From Ramazzottius varieornatus (lineage: Eukaryota > Animalia > Tardigrada): a stretch of DNA of 64,000 nt. Location of the stretch: assembly GCA_001949185.1 (NCBI GenBank), contig BDGG01000003.1:4771092-4835091 (forward strand), read 5' to 3'. The position numbers were made by a program, and so were the translations under genes. The notes under the pieces were generated by a model that was not told where the DNA came from, did no database searches, and saw nothing but the letters and a program-made list of their open reading frames with translations. Below, in pieces: positions 13,525 to 25,495 of this stretch. Position 1 is the first letter of the stretch. Every line of letters begins with the position of its first letter.

Positions 13525-14141
13525 GAACCATTAGTGTTTCGTCACTTTCGGCGCAGAGGATTTTCTGTAGTGCGGTATTTAGTGACAGCTATCGTTCCTT
13601 GTGATACAGTACGTACTTCTTTTTCCACCTGTTTCGACGAAACGCGGATGTCTGCAGATCTTTTAGTCTTTTCGTATGAAAGAAGCATGTTTATCTTCCG
13701 GTCAGTTAAGCCAATGGTTTTATTTGCCAGTGGCTCTTTTCGGTTTGAGTTTGAATTTAGATGTCTGGTGGTTCATTCATCTATCGACTTCTCCTGCTTA
13801 CGAAGGATACACCATCACAAAACTAGAGCAGTGGGAAAACAGACGGTAAAATTTATCGTATGAATCAAGCTAAAGAAAACTCTTCTCAGAGGCCGCCTGG
13901 AAATCCAGATAAGATATTTGAAACTCAAAATCAGACGTCGGAATAAAATTTCACTTTGCCTAGAGGCAGCCACCACAGCACAGTAACTACAAAATTAACA
14001 GAACTATCACGGCAGTACGTGCAAAATAACTCAATACTTCGAGAACTCAGGCAGGAATAATACGGCAAAGAACTTGGCGCAGAAGCTTCGGCAAGATCCG
14101 TTCTGACTGGATACGTCGCGGCAAAACTAAAAGAAGACATT

Positions 14142-15431
14142 TCATGCTGTGGCTTTGTATTTGTCGATACCATGCTGGTTTATCACGCAGAGATGCTACA
14201 AAAAACAGTCAGATTGTTAGGAGGCATCCTTCGGGTGATGAGAATCGATCGATATAAAATCGAAACGACGAGGGTACTTACGTTTAGATCGCGAAACTTC
14301 TCGTTATAATCCATGCCGAAGCCTATCACAAATCGATCAGGTATCTGGAATCCATAGACTAAAAAACAGAAGGTTCGCCGTTAAGTGCCTCCGATTATTG
14401 ATTACTATTGATCTTCAACGAATAAAAATATGAAGAACATACAGTGCGGGCGGAAGGACGACGGGACCTTCCCAGGCTGCAATCGCTTCCACAATAAACT
14501 GCAAAAACCCTACTCGTAATCTTATCGATAACATCCGAGACCTGTTAAGCGGGGGTTCAAGCTTTGCGATACAAACGAAGTACCTTGCAACGCGAATACT
14601 TTTTGTTCTATACTGATTCATATGCTCAAGTAGGGCAACCATCGTCCGTCCACTATCAATCATGTCCTCGACGATCAAAACATTCTGTAAAAAAATACTC
14701 AACCCATGCCAAGGAACTCGAATCATTCAATAGTTCGGAGCAGGGGGAAATGCTTGTATTTACTTTATCGCCGAATGCTTCCATGGGATTGACGACACCG
14801 TGAATCTGGACGGAGCCAGTGCTGGAAGTGTTCAAGTAACTTTTCACCCGGATGAACTCAAACATCAGTGGCAATACAGGCTTAAAAGTGGTGCTGGTAT
14901 GACTGCCAGACGAGGTTCCTAGGTTGGATTCGCCAACGTTCGAAGCGGACGTCGAAAGACCGCTCGGCTGCCTCGCCACTTCCGCGTTGAGGTTCTCCAG
15001 TTCGCACTGGAGTGCGCAGAAGAACTTGAAGGCAGACTTTAGCACGCAAACTAGAACGAGAGCTTCGGGATTGCTCGAGGAGCTGGCGTACAAGTGGAAG
15101 ATTTCTCTCGCGAGGCATGTTGCTCTGGAAGGAAGACAAGATTGGCGTGAAGAATATTCGCGTGTACAAGAAATTAATACTGAGGGAGTATATACCGGTC
15201 TCTAATCAGGCCTTCGGGTATCAGTATCGACTCGATATGTTCGGCGTGGTGCTCCGGAATGGAGAAAGATTGAACAGGATACGGGACGGCTTCATCTGGA
15301 ATCTAACGGGAGAAATTTCCATCGGATGATGGTACGTTTAGCCGTTCATAATTAAGCACTTCCGGTGCAGTTTTACGACTTACGATAAGACCGGAGGAGC
15401 TTCTGTGTGCGTCTTCCATTCCTTTCGACAT
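14142..15431 (-). CDS. HPRT: Hypoxanthine-guanine phosphoribosyltransferase, multi-exon
   Basis: [40 protein letters not shown] (PRPP-binding loop), [21 protein letters not shown]|HLCVI. Confidence 0.92.
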
Positions 15432-16396
15432 CCCAAAAGCACCAGCGAATGTCCTGCCACGGGTGTCCGCTTCGAGTAGTCAGATAACAAGAGCGAAGAC
15501 TCCCGCGGAAAGTGCAAGCACACTGATTACTGATTAGCGGAGTTAGGGAACTTCCGGTTGGTATGTGCGACTTATGCATCACCCTTACTTACCTCCGCCA
15601 CCACACAGGCGGGACTGATGAATACTGCCGATCGATACGAGCAGATATTCCTTTCACAGAGTGGTGGAAACCCTCTCGCAGGAGTTCCTACTTCCTAGAG
15701 GCTGGAAACCTGCAACCATCGATGAAACTTACGTAATAATTAAAAAAACAAGCGGCATAAAATCTGGTCAGCGGATAATCGGGAGAATGCGTAAAATCTA
15801 TCAGCTTAGTCAATCAAATACTTAAGAGATTGCGGACACCTGCCTTGGACGAGGCGTCAGGATCAGCAAGTCCATCCACTGATTCATTGATGCTCTGCCA
15901 ATGTTGTCGTTTTTTTGAATCGATACCCTGATCCTAACGCCTCGCCGCTGACAGGTTTCCGCAATCTCTTAAATGTTTCGCTCTATCCGATCACGGCGAT
16001 CAGTAATGGACGGGTGATTTACTCAGTGAATTATTCAAAACACAGAACGGCTTCGCAACATCAAGTGCAGCTCAACTTTGGAACGGAAATCTGTCAATCA
16101 AAATTTTTCATATAAAAAATGGTGTTCCGAACGTTATTTGAACACCGGATCTCCTGTTCAGAAGGTAGACTTGCGGACTGATAATAAAGTTCCCCTGGTG
16201 TAAAGGTTCTTGGGAGGTCGTAAGTCACAGTTTCGTGATTTTGGATATTAGGCTGAGTAAATCACCCGTCCACCAGTGTATCCAATGCAGCGTTTGCCCC
16301 TGGACTTTCGGCCATACACTCGCTGTTTCGCTTGACTCCTTGTCATATGGCATTGGAACTGTACCGTCTGTACCAGTGGACAGTTTAGGAGCAGGG

Positions 16397-19300
16397 ATGG
16401 AAGGATCTGAGGGGCCACCCAACAAGCGGGCTCGATACAACGATTCATTGCAGTCATCGGACAACTCTGGAGCAGGTGGCAACGGCTATCAAGCGGGTGG
16501 ACGTCCCGATCTGTCGCAGGTACATGAACCGCGTTCCAGTGAAGTGGTGTTTTGGTATATCATGCTTATCCTTGCAGGCACACTCGGACGACCGATCGTC
16601 CAGTTATGCAGCTCCTGCTCCCTCGCCAGTCATCCATATTCGAGGTAACATTTACTAGACCTACCATACTCTTCCTTCTGCGAGTGGAAGTTGAGCTAGT
16701 TCCTTCTTGAACATAGGCTTACCAGACAATGCGGTCGAGGTGGACGTCGTTAATGCCTGTGTGCAGTTCGGCAAAGTCCGGTATGTTAACTGCTGACCAA
16801 GCTTGACTGTTCTCCCGGTTGAAAGGCTGACATCCGTCTTCTTCTTAAGGGCTGTGGTTATGCTTCCTAAACGACGACAAGCCTTGGTCGAAATGGAGGT
16901 ATCGTGTGCGGCTGCACTGTTCCTTCCGATAACATTGCGATTTATATTTCTTTTGATAGACTCTGGAGAACGCCATCCCGATAGTCAAGGTAAGATTCAC
17001 ATTCTATCTTGCCACCTCAATTGGCGCACGCTCTCGGCCAGTAGGAACGAGAACGTGTGCCACTCGACAGCAGTCTCGACAGCAGAATTCCAGTTACCGG
17101 CGTCCCATCTTCATCGTGTATTATTAGCACCAAGGTGGGTGTATCTCGTTGTAGGAAGGGTTCTTGTTGGTGCGCGGAGCAGAAGCGCAAGTCAACTACT
17201 CGAACAGCCAGAAGATTCATCGTGCAGGAGGAGCTGCTGACGAAGCGCCACGCCAACATCGCGTTTTGTTATTGTCTATTCTAAATGATCGATATCCCAT
17301 TGACGTGGTAAGAGCTTAATTCATTCGGGTTGGATAGACTAGACGCGAGTAGGGCAAACGGACCGTTTTCCAAGTGGCGCACGTTTTCACTTTAACCGGT
17401 TGGGAGCGTGCGCCACATGAAAAACGATCTTGTCCAGCTCCTCTGCTGTGCTTCCAAACTTCACTATCGGTTGGTTCAACTTAGTTGTTTTCATAGGATG
17501 TCATCCATAAAATTACCAGTCCACACGGCAATGTCTTGCGCATCGTTGTCTTCCGCAAAGCTGGTGTGCAGGCCATGGTGGAGTTTGATACGGTACAAGC
17601 TGCCGTCACAGCAAAGTCTTACTTGAATGGCGCGGACATTTACTCTGGATGTTGTACTCTGAAGATCGAATTTGCCAAGGTGAGCTCACTTAGCCTTTTT
17701 GCAGCTAACTTAGAGTGGGAGCTCGGCGAGCAAACCCGATCAGATCGTTTTCGCAAGCGACACACCTTTTTCGTGTCAGAGAGTGTGCGCCGCTTGAACA
17801 GGCGACTCTTGACGAGTTTGATCGCTTTTCCAATTGGCGCACGTTCTCAGTGATGTTGCATGCGCCGCGTTGGAAACGACTTGGTCGAATTAGTTTGTCG
17901 AGCTGTCAGATTCTGCATGTCAGCATGTGCTGCTCCAACGGGGTTTTTTCTTTACAGCCGGAAACTCTGTCGGTACTGAGGAATGATAAGGATACATGGG
18001 ACTACACGCGTGATCTGGGTAAGTCATTCCGTCATACTTGTAAACTATCAGCACGCACATACTAGCAGAATATCCTCCGCGTAAGTGAACTTTGAGGAGG
18101 CACTCCTTCCTCATGATGGAGACATGACATTAACAGCTTGACTGGCAGACAATACAGAAGTTGCACTAGGAAGCGATACGAATACAAAGACCACACTACC
18201 CTCCACTCATCCATCCAGGCTCCAGCCATGTCTTGTTGTTGTCACAACATCCTGTTGAAAAGAGCACAGAACAGAAAGCCAGACAGGAAAAAATGAAAGA
18301 CCATGCACCACAAAAACGATGCCAACAGGTAACTTGTGCCATTGCTTTCGAACAGTTCTCTCACTTTGCAATCACTACAATCTGCATGCTGTATGCCTGG
18401 TGTGTTTCCATAAAAACTTAGTATCCTTTGTTGATGGGCCTTATCGTCTTCCTGACCCTTCTCTCATGATGCATTCATTCTGTTGTGAAATTAACTACTT
18501 ACAGTAAGCACAAGCTTTGACTTATTCTTTTTATGTTTTTGCAGATGTGGTGAAAATGGCTGGAACGGAGGCTGGATGGAGGAGGAAGTGGGCGATCAAG
18601 ATCAGCCTTCTCTTCTGAAGCAAATGGTCTTCCTACTCGCTGACGTGCACAGTATAAGGTGGTCCTTGTCAGTACGCCTGTAGTCACTGCAGGAAGAACT
18701 GTGGTGGCCCCTCTGCCGCAAGGACTGAGTCCAGATACGCAGAGCAGCCCTCCTAATTGATAAGATGGCTTGCTTTCCGCAGGTGGTGGCGACCGTTACG
18801 GCGGTGGTGGATACGGAGGGGAAAGCTCGTACAGTGGCGGTCCCCCACCTTCCAACTATCAGGGGGGTTACGATGGAGGACGACGGTATAACTCCTCGGG
18901 TCCTCCATCGTCCGACTACGGGGGAGGTGGACACTACAACGAGCCACGCCACGGCTACAACCAGGGAGGGCAACGACCGCGCACTTCCGACAACCACTAC
19001 GACAACAACTATCCACCTCCCCGTCACGACCAACGGTAACTGTGAATTCAACAAGCAAACTCAACAAGATCGTTTTCCGAAGTGGCGCGCGTATTCAGGC
19101 AAAAATACTGGGTATGTGCGCCGCTTGAGAAAACGAACAAGTTCGCCAAGCTCACTTTTCCAAGTGGCGCACTCTTTCAGCCAGTTATTCCGGCAACGCG
19201 CGCCAGTTGGGAAAACAATCTTGTCGAGTTCGTTTGCCGACCTTCCAATTCTGTCCGAATTTTCTCCACGTCTCTTTTCACGGTTTTGGTCTGGTATTTA

Positions 19301-20776
19301 GTGGAGGAGGATATGGTGGTGGTGGTGGTGGTGACGGGTACAACGACCGTCGATACGACAACCGGGGAGGTGAAGGTTCCTATGAAGAACACGGTCCGGG
19401 TCCCGTGTTGATGCTGTACGGACTCAACTTGGAGAGGATGAACTGCAATCGACTCTTCAATCTCTTCTGCCTCTACGGCAACGTCTTGCGAGTATGTAAC
19501 AAGAATCTGTCTTTATGTAGTCGGATGATTTGGGAAGTCTGTGAACCAAACGTAGCTTGTGTCATGTACCTGCATACAACCGTCCGTACATGCATCACGG
19601 TAATATGTATGCAGGTGTCGTCTTCCGACCTTTCGTTAGTTCAGTCTGACTGATGTTTTGAGTTTTTGGTAGATCAAGTTCCTCAAGACTAAGGAAGGTT
19701 CAGCCATGGTGCAGATGCACGATGGTCATGCTGCCGGGTTGTGCATTAATCAGCTGAACGGTATTCATCTCTTTGGCAGTAAACTCCAAGTTGGGTAAGT
19801 ACCTTCTTCCTGCTGCGTCACGTGTTCTTACTCAGTTGTTTCTCTCTCCCTTGACAGAGCATCCCGACAGCCCAACTTGAACGAAGTGCCTAACCCATAT
19901 GAGCTTCCGGATGGCTCTCCTTCCTTCAGAGACTACGGCAATAGTCGCAACAACCGCTTCAGCACGGCGGAAATGGCCGCCAAGAACCGCATTCAGCCTC
20001 CGACGCGCTGTCTGCATTTCTTCAATGCGCCAGCTGACTCGAACGAAGACGAAGTTGCCGAGGTGTGTGTGATCTCTTCTGCCTAACAAGCACGTGGTTT
20101 TGACTACACTGGGACTTCGAATTTTACGGTCTGCCGTAGGTATTCACGCGGAACGATTGTCCACGTCCTCAAGTGACCATAATGCACGGCAAATGTACGT
20201 GTGAGAAACAGAATCTTATGATTGCTGTTCTCGGGCTGGCTAACCAAACTTTCAGGTCGCTATGTCAAGTGGCGCATGCTTCTAGCTAATAATACTGAAA
20301 ACATGCACCACTTGGGAAAACAATCAAACGGGTCAAGGTCGTTTTTCCACGTGGCGCACGCTTCTCCTATTCAACAATGAATACGTGCGCCACTTGAGAT
20401 AATGCTCTGGTACGATTTGTTTGCCGGCCTTTGAATTCCGCGGCAACTACTTCTTGCTAGACCCAATATGTAGTAAACTGAATGTCCGTTTCGTTTAGCC
20501 GATCGAAGCACCTCTGGATTCGTGGAGTGGGAAACGGTGGAAGAGGCTGTGGAGGCGCTAATCTTGGCCAACCATACGGAGATGCCCAACAAGAGTAAGT
20601 CCCTTCTTCCACCCAGTAAACTCCGCCTGCTGGGAGAGTTCAGTATCGATGATGTGGTCTATATTTTCATAGGACCCGGACATCCGTATCTCTTCAAAGT
20701 GTGCTTCTCGCAGCCTGGTCGTCCAGCTGCTGGAGGTGGACCATCCTCGCGTCCTTCGGAAGCCAACTACCAGTAA
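16397..20776 (+). CDS. HNRNPL: Heterogeneous nuclear ribonucleoprotein L (smooth-like); 4 RRMs with a Gly/Tyr-rich linker, ~15 exons
   Basis: SPVIHIRGLP, KRRQALVEM, VNYSNSQKI, GVQAMVEF, LNGADIYSGCCTLKIEFAK, MNCNRLFNLFCLYGNV, SRNNRFST, LHFFNAP; all exons phase-compatible; start codon tentative. Confidence 0.93.
17005..17075. mobile_element. Family A element, degenerate single module, hnRNP L intron
   Basis: ttggcgcacg...cgtgtgccact. Confidence 0.6.
17350..17445. mobile_element. Family A element, one module, hnRNP L intron
   Basis: ggcaaacggaccgttttccaagtggcgcacg...cgtgcgccacatgaaaaacgatc. Confidence 0.8.
17717..17908. mobile_element. Family A element, two modules, hnRNP L intron
   Basis: tgggagctcggc...gtttgtcgagct termini. 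Confidence 0.8.
19045..19247. mobile_element. Family A element, two modules, hnRNP L intron
   Basis: aaactcaacaagatcgttttcc / ggaaaacaatcttgtcgagtt inverted termini. Confidence 0.85.
20230..20433. mobile_element. Family A element, two modules, hnRNP L intron
   Basis: Two gtggcgca...tgc(g/a)ccactt pairs; ends gtttgccggcc. Confidence 0.85.
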
Positions 20777-21120
20777 TTTCTTTGATCTTTTAGAACTTGT
20801 CTTCGTTGCCCATAATTTAGTACTCGTCGTTCGTTCTTCTGAATTCTCTTGCAAAACTCTCTCGCTGTATCATGACCAGGAAGTATCTATTACCTATTTA
20901 CGTTTGTCGTTTGTTTCTCCTTGGTAACTCGGCCATGATACACTTGTTGTATACTTCGTATGCTGGCTTTTACCCAGCGAGACTTTGTCCCGCTTCGGAA
21001 CTTTTTATGAATTTGTATTAAAATTGAAGTTAAATTCAGTCTCTGTAGTACATTCCCTCTTAGTATAAAGGATTGCATTGAGACAGTCGGAAGTGCTATC
21101 GGTGACATTGTGGTGGGAAT

Positions 21121-22965
21121 ATGGGGGATAAGGGATCAGCAGCTGGAGGGGCCAACAAAGGCGCAACAGGTGGGAAAGAGCAGCTGGGAGCCGTTGTAAA
21201 GGATAGCAAGGATCTGAAGGCTCAAGAGAGCGATGACGATCTGCACGAAGACCGCATTGTCCGAGAGATTCTGGCCTTGGCCAAAGCCGAAGTGGTGACG
21301 TCTTACACAGCCACCACCAAGGCTTTCGAGATCATGACGGGAACCAAACCGACCGCTGGCGAATCTCGCAACATCCACCTGCGTTTGAGTGCTTTGGAAG
21401 TACTGAAGCCCTTTCTCAGTGATCTGACTATCAGTGCAGTGGGTGTTGGAAAGGGAGTTATACATGAGTTGCACACGAAACGAGGCTTGGGCAAGTTTCT
21501 GCGCAGTTATCGAACTGACCATCATTTGCCTTCTGTGCTGACTACTCTTCGGTTTGAACACATTACTATACGCTTTGATGATCTGAGGAATGTCCTACCG
21601 CCTTCGGTGAAGACACTACACTTTGCTGCTTGTACCATCAAGGAAATCAATGTGGAGACGACGCCGAACGGTCGTGCGTTTCGTCATGTTTCTGATAGTC
21701 AACACCTGGAGGAGGATACCATCGTGCTGGATATTTTGCCCACTGATGATGGTAACTTCCCAGCCCTGGGGCGAGCCATGTTCAAGCGAATCAACGCCAA
21801 GTTTGAACATGACGAAGACTGGGATGATTTTGTAAGATGGCTGGCCACCACCATCGAGGAAACGAAAAACAAAAGCAAGAAGAATCAAGCGTGGAAGGCT
21901 GCCGAGTTGTAAGTGTGTCACTTTGAGCGCTGCGGTTTTTCTACGGTAATAGGGACCTTGCGCGCCAGCCAGAATTTCGCTACGAGCGGCGGAATTTCAC
22001 GTTGGAGAAATTCACGGTTCTCCCCAACGTAAAATTTGAATTTGGCTTTTGCGAGAAAAACACGACGAACGGTGCAAAATAACCGATTAAGAAATTAAAT
22101 AAGTTGGGGCAACGTTCGGCTTTGCCCCGGGTCGTGAGTGCTGTATGTACACGGAGCTGTACTGATGAACGGGAGAAATTTAGACAGTTGCATATTCGCG
22201 GAGCAGTCGGCGTCGTGAAATTTGACCGTCACGAACGAACAGGGCCTTCGTCGTTATTTTGCCACCGTCACGAAGCGCGCTCAACGTAACTTACGTCGCG
22301 CTCGAAGATGACTCACCGTTCAACATGAAATTTGAACGTTCGTCGTGAGATTCTGGCTGGCGCGCAAGGTACCTAATACCTGCCAAGTTGGTACCGAGTG
22401 CGGCTTTGACAGGGTGTTTCGTAGAAAAATGGCAGAACTTTGATATTTGGATCGTCGGCAAATGAATTCGCCCTCATCGTTTGACTAAGTGACGTACGCT
22501 CTCAGCCGATAACGGTGGACACGTGCGCCACTTTGAACAGAGATCTTGTCTACTTTGTCAGGGTGGCGCAAGCTCTGAGCCAATGACAACGAAAACGTGC
22601 GCCACTGGAGATAGCGATCCGGGTGAAATCATTTGCCGTCGTTTCATTGCACCGACCGAATTCCGGTTATGTATCTAGTTTTTCACGCTTGGTGTTGCAG
22701 TTGGAACAAAACGCTTCGACAACAAGATTTGAATGTTCCCATGCCGAAGAGCGACAGTGAGTGGTACAGTTTCTTCCAGACGGCGGACAGGTTAGCAGTC
22801 AAGGACATGTCGGCCATTATCGGTGGCCGCTTCCGGAAACCCCGACCACCGAAAACTGGAGGTCTACCGCCAAAAAATACGACGCCTGGCGCTCCAGGTA
22901 CTCCCGGTGCTTCAGGGACGCCTCCACCAGCAGGGACCACTCCACCTCCTCCAAAACCTAAATAA
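21121..22965 (+). CDS. Orphan protein, ~350 aa, with Pro-rich C-terminus; exons 21121-21908 and 22701-22965
   Basis: 263-codon ORF ends at tt|gtaagt; a phase-2 acceptor (tgttgcag|t) continues FWNKTLRQQ; TATA-like tataaag at ~21065. Confidence 0.7.
21952..22373. mobile_element. MITE family B, 422 bp, ~30 bp TIRs flanked by TA
   Basis: TA|gggaccttgcgcgccagccagaat ... attctggctggcgcgcaaggtacc|TA; no convincing ORF; intronic. Confidence 0.85.
22448..22642. mobile_element. Family A element, two modules, same intron as MITE B
   Basis: cggcaaatga...tcatttgccg termini and two hairpin modules. Confidence 0.8.
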
Positions 22966-23353
22966 GGCCGTCCTTTTTTATCCGGAATGCTTTGCACAAA
23001 TTCGAGCAGCAAGTATGGCCTGCTTTTATAACGAAAACTTTTCCACTTGTCGGTTCTGGACGTGTGAAAGTAGTGGTAACCGCAGGTTCGAAGAATAATT
23101 CGGTGTTGCTTTCTATCTCGGTTCCTTTTGGTTCTTAGTTATGCCAGACTTGAGGATATATTGAATTTGCAATCTTCTCCGTTTGCGCAGCACTCAAAAT
23201 AATTATATGTATCGATAAAGAAACATCAGAGCACAAGCACGACGATGACTTTTCGGACTGCAAATGGCGAGGAAGACAGTAAAGTACTGAAGTGACGTGC
23301 AGGGATCATTTGACTCGATTGAGCTTCGAAACCTTTTTATTCACATATGGGTT

Positions 23354-23554
23354 TCAGCGGCCCAATTCCATAAGGATCTTTTTTACTTCGAAACGAGCCT
23401 TTTCTGACATCAAGTTGTTGCAAATGTCCAGGGTCATTGCGTGGTCAGTTTGCCGTACCTTGCCGTGGCTCGAAGTCTCAAAAAACTGTTCGCCCTTTTG
23501 GGAAGATTTTGCCGAAAATCTTCGTCCAGGGAGCAACAAGTCATACTTCCGCAC
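23354..23554 (-). CDS. Putative terminal exon of an unassigned gene
   Basis: 66-codon ORF begins exactly at an acceptor (gatattag|gtg) and has no ATG start of its own. Confidence 0.3.
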   Translation of the reverse strand: MRKYDLLLPGRRFSAKSSQKGEQFFETSSHGKVRQTDHAMTLDICNNLMSEKARFEVKKILMELGR

Positions 23555-23694
23555 CTAATATCAAGTCTGAACAAACGGAACACGAGACGAAAAACGAATA
23601 GGTCACTGACGACCCACTGGACATAGGCGTACTGTACGGATTTTCCGCCTTCACGAACGGTACGGTACTTCTATTTATCTACATCGTCGGAGTA

Positions 23695-24982
23695 TCACTC
23701 CCAGTCAATAGTAATGTCCGGCTCCTTGACAGTAACAGGTTGTTCATATTGCGAGTGTTTCAGCCGTAGAGAGTAGATGGGAGCTTTCGGCTTGTCCTGC
23801 AAGCCGGGATCGTAAGTTCCCGGACCCGGTGTTTTCAGCATCTTCAATGGTTCTATCCGGTTCCGTATCGTGTACGCGGGAGCACGCTCCTTGAACTCTT
23901 CCAGCGCAACGACCTTGTACGCGGCAGGAGAGGGTGAGTGGGTGAAATCTTGGAACGGACTGGCAAAGTCAATTTTGGTCCCGCTTATCTTCCTACAAAG
24001 AAAAATCATCTGTCGCTGATTTGAACTCGAATGGGAGTCAAGAAAAGAAGACATACGTTCTCATGGAGTACTGAGGGGCCGCGTTCTGGACCGGATGTTT
24101 GGTCCCGATAATAGCCCGAATATCGTAGGCATTTGGGGCAGGGTAGTTGTTGATGTGGTCTTTCAACGCCGGTAAAGCCATGCACCATTCTGGATACCGA
24201 TAGCGAATAGGCTTGACGCTGACGGTGTAGGCTGCTGGACCTGGAGACTATACCGAAACCCAATCTAACATCTCCCAATTGCAACAACAACAGTTGTAAT
24301 AACAGTTTGTAACAATAGTGGCAATGGTGGAAGCCTCTTCCGACGAAGCCGGAAGTTCCGAAACAGAGCGCCTCATCCATACAACATGGGAGCCCGGCAA
24401 ATAAACTCGACCAGATCGTTTTCGAAAGTGGCGCACATTTGCACTGTTAATGGCTGGAAATGTACGCCACTTGGAGCCTGATGTTGTCCAGTTTGAGAGT
24501 GTTTCCAAGTGGCGCAAGTTTACGGTGTTATGGGCTGAAAACGTGCGCCACTTGGGATAAAACGATCTTGTCGAGTTTATTCGCCAATGTCCCAGATGAA
24601 TGATAATTCCGAGATCTGACCGAGAACAGTTTAAGATCGTTCGGTTTGATCCGCATGGTGTAAGCTGGGTCCAAACACATCCCTTTGTACAGCAAATGCG
24701 AAGGGTATCCATATCTGGCGGGACCGGGTGAGGCTGTGTAGTCACCTGCAAAAAAACCGAATATTCACTTATCCACCAGTAATAGTGATTCCTACTATGA
24801 AAGAGGGTCTTTACTCACGTACGTATCTGCAGTTGCATCCTCATGGAATAGCATGGCCATCGTTTGAGTGTAACATTATGATGTTCCCATCCGATGGCCG
24901 CCGGCAAGAGGTAAGCTGCAGGTCCCGGGCCGCAAAGCTTGGCGGCGATGGGATAGCTGGTTTTTCTTGTTAGTGCTGCCAT
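23695..24982 (-). CDS. ODF3: ODF3/SHIPPO-1-like PGP-repeat ciliary/sperm-tail protein, 4 exons
   Basis: Repeats GPGPAAY, SPGPARY, SPGPAAY, PAPNAY, SPSPAAY, TPGPGTY, mostly followed by an (A)PxY(S/T)-like motif; phase-compatible exons. Confidence 0.85.
24387..24593. mobile_element. Family A element, two modules, ODF3 intron 2; well preserved
   Basis: tgggagcccggcaaataaactcgaccagatcgtttt ... aaaacgatcttgtcgagtttattcgccaatgtccca. Confidence 0.9.
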
Positions 24983-25012
24983 ATCTCGTCCTTACTTTGC
25001 ACAACAGACTGG

Positions 25013-25495
25013 TCAAAGAAGCGCCTGAACGTCAGTGTTGTGGTCATTTGGTCTAGAAGCTCAAAGTGACCACAAGGGCGCATTCTTTAGCAACAGCTCT
25101 ACCGTACCGTAATGATCGATCAGTGGCCACCTCCTGTCTTTCCAGGCAGTGTCGGACGAAGACACCCTGGATGCCGTACAGTAGTTGCATCTTACCCTCG
25201 GCCAAACCATCGTAGAGCTGCTTGTTGGTAATCAGCTCGCGGTAGTCTTCGGCATACTGTGCTAGAAGCGTAAGGTCCTCCTCAAAGTTTGGAGCGGGAC
25301 GGTTGGCAGAAGGTTGAGGGGTGATCGAAAGGCGCGAACGTTGGGAGGAGGGGCGACCCATCTCGCTGGACACTGAAGAACACCTGTTGATTCACTCCCC
25401 AGAAAATAGAAATTAAATATAGTCTTCGAAAATCTGGTCCTCTAGCTACTACATAAACCAACCCACGAGTACCTTGAAGATTTGACGCTGGCCAT
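25013..25495 (-). CDS. Small spliced ORF with weak Myb/SANT-like resemblance; 3' end uncertain
   Basis: MASVKSS|RCSSVSSEMG...RPAPNFEEDLTLLAQYAEDYRELITNK; first intron is phase-compatible GT-AG. Confidence 0.45.

Noticed and set aside
17680-17957. Family A as an intron-creating Introner
   Set aside because: Elements sit inside introns with unrelated flanks and do not supply the splice sites; this intron position (FAK|P) appears ancestral from recalled human gene structure; intergenic copies exist
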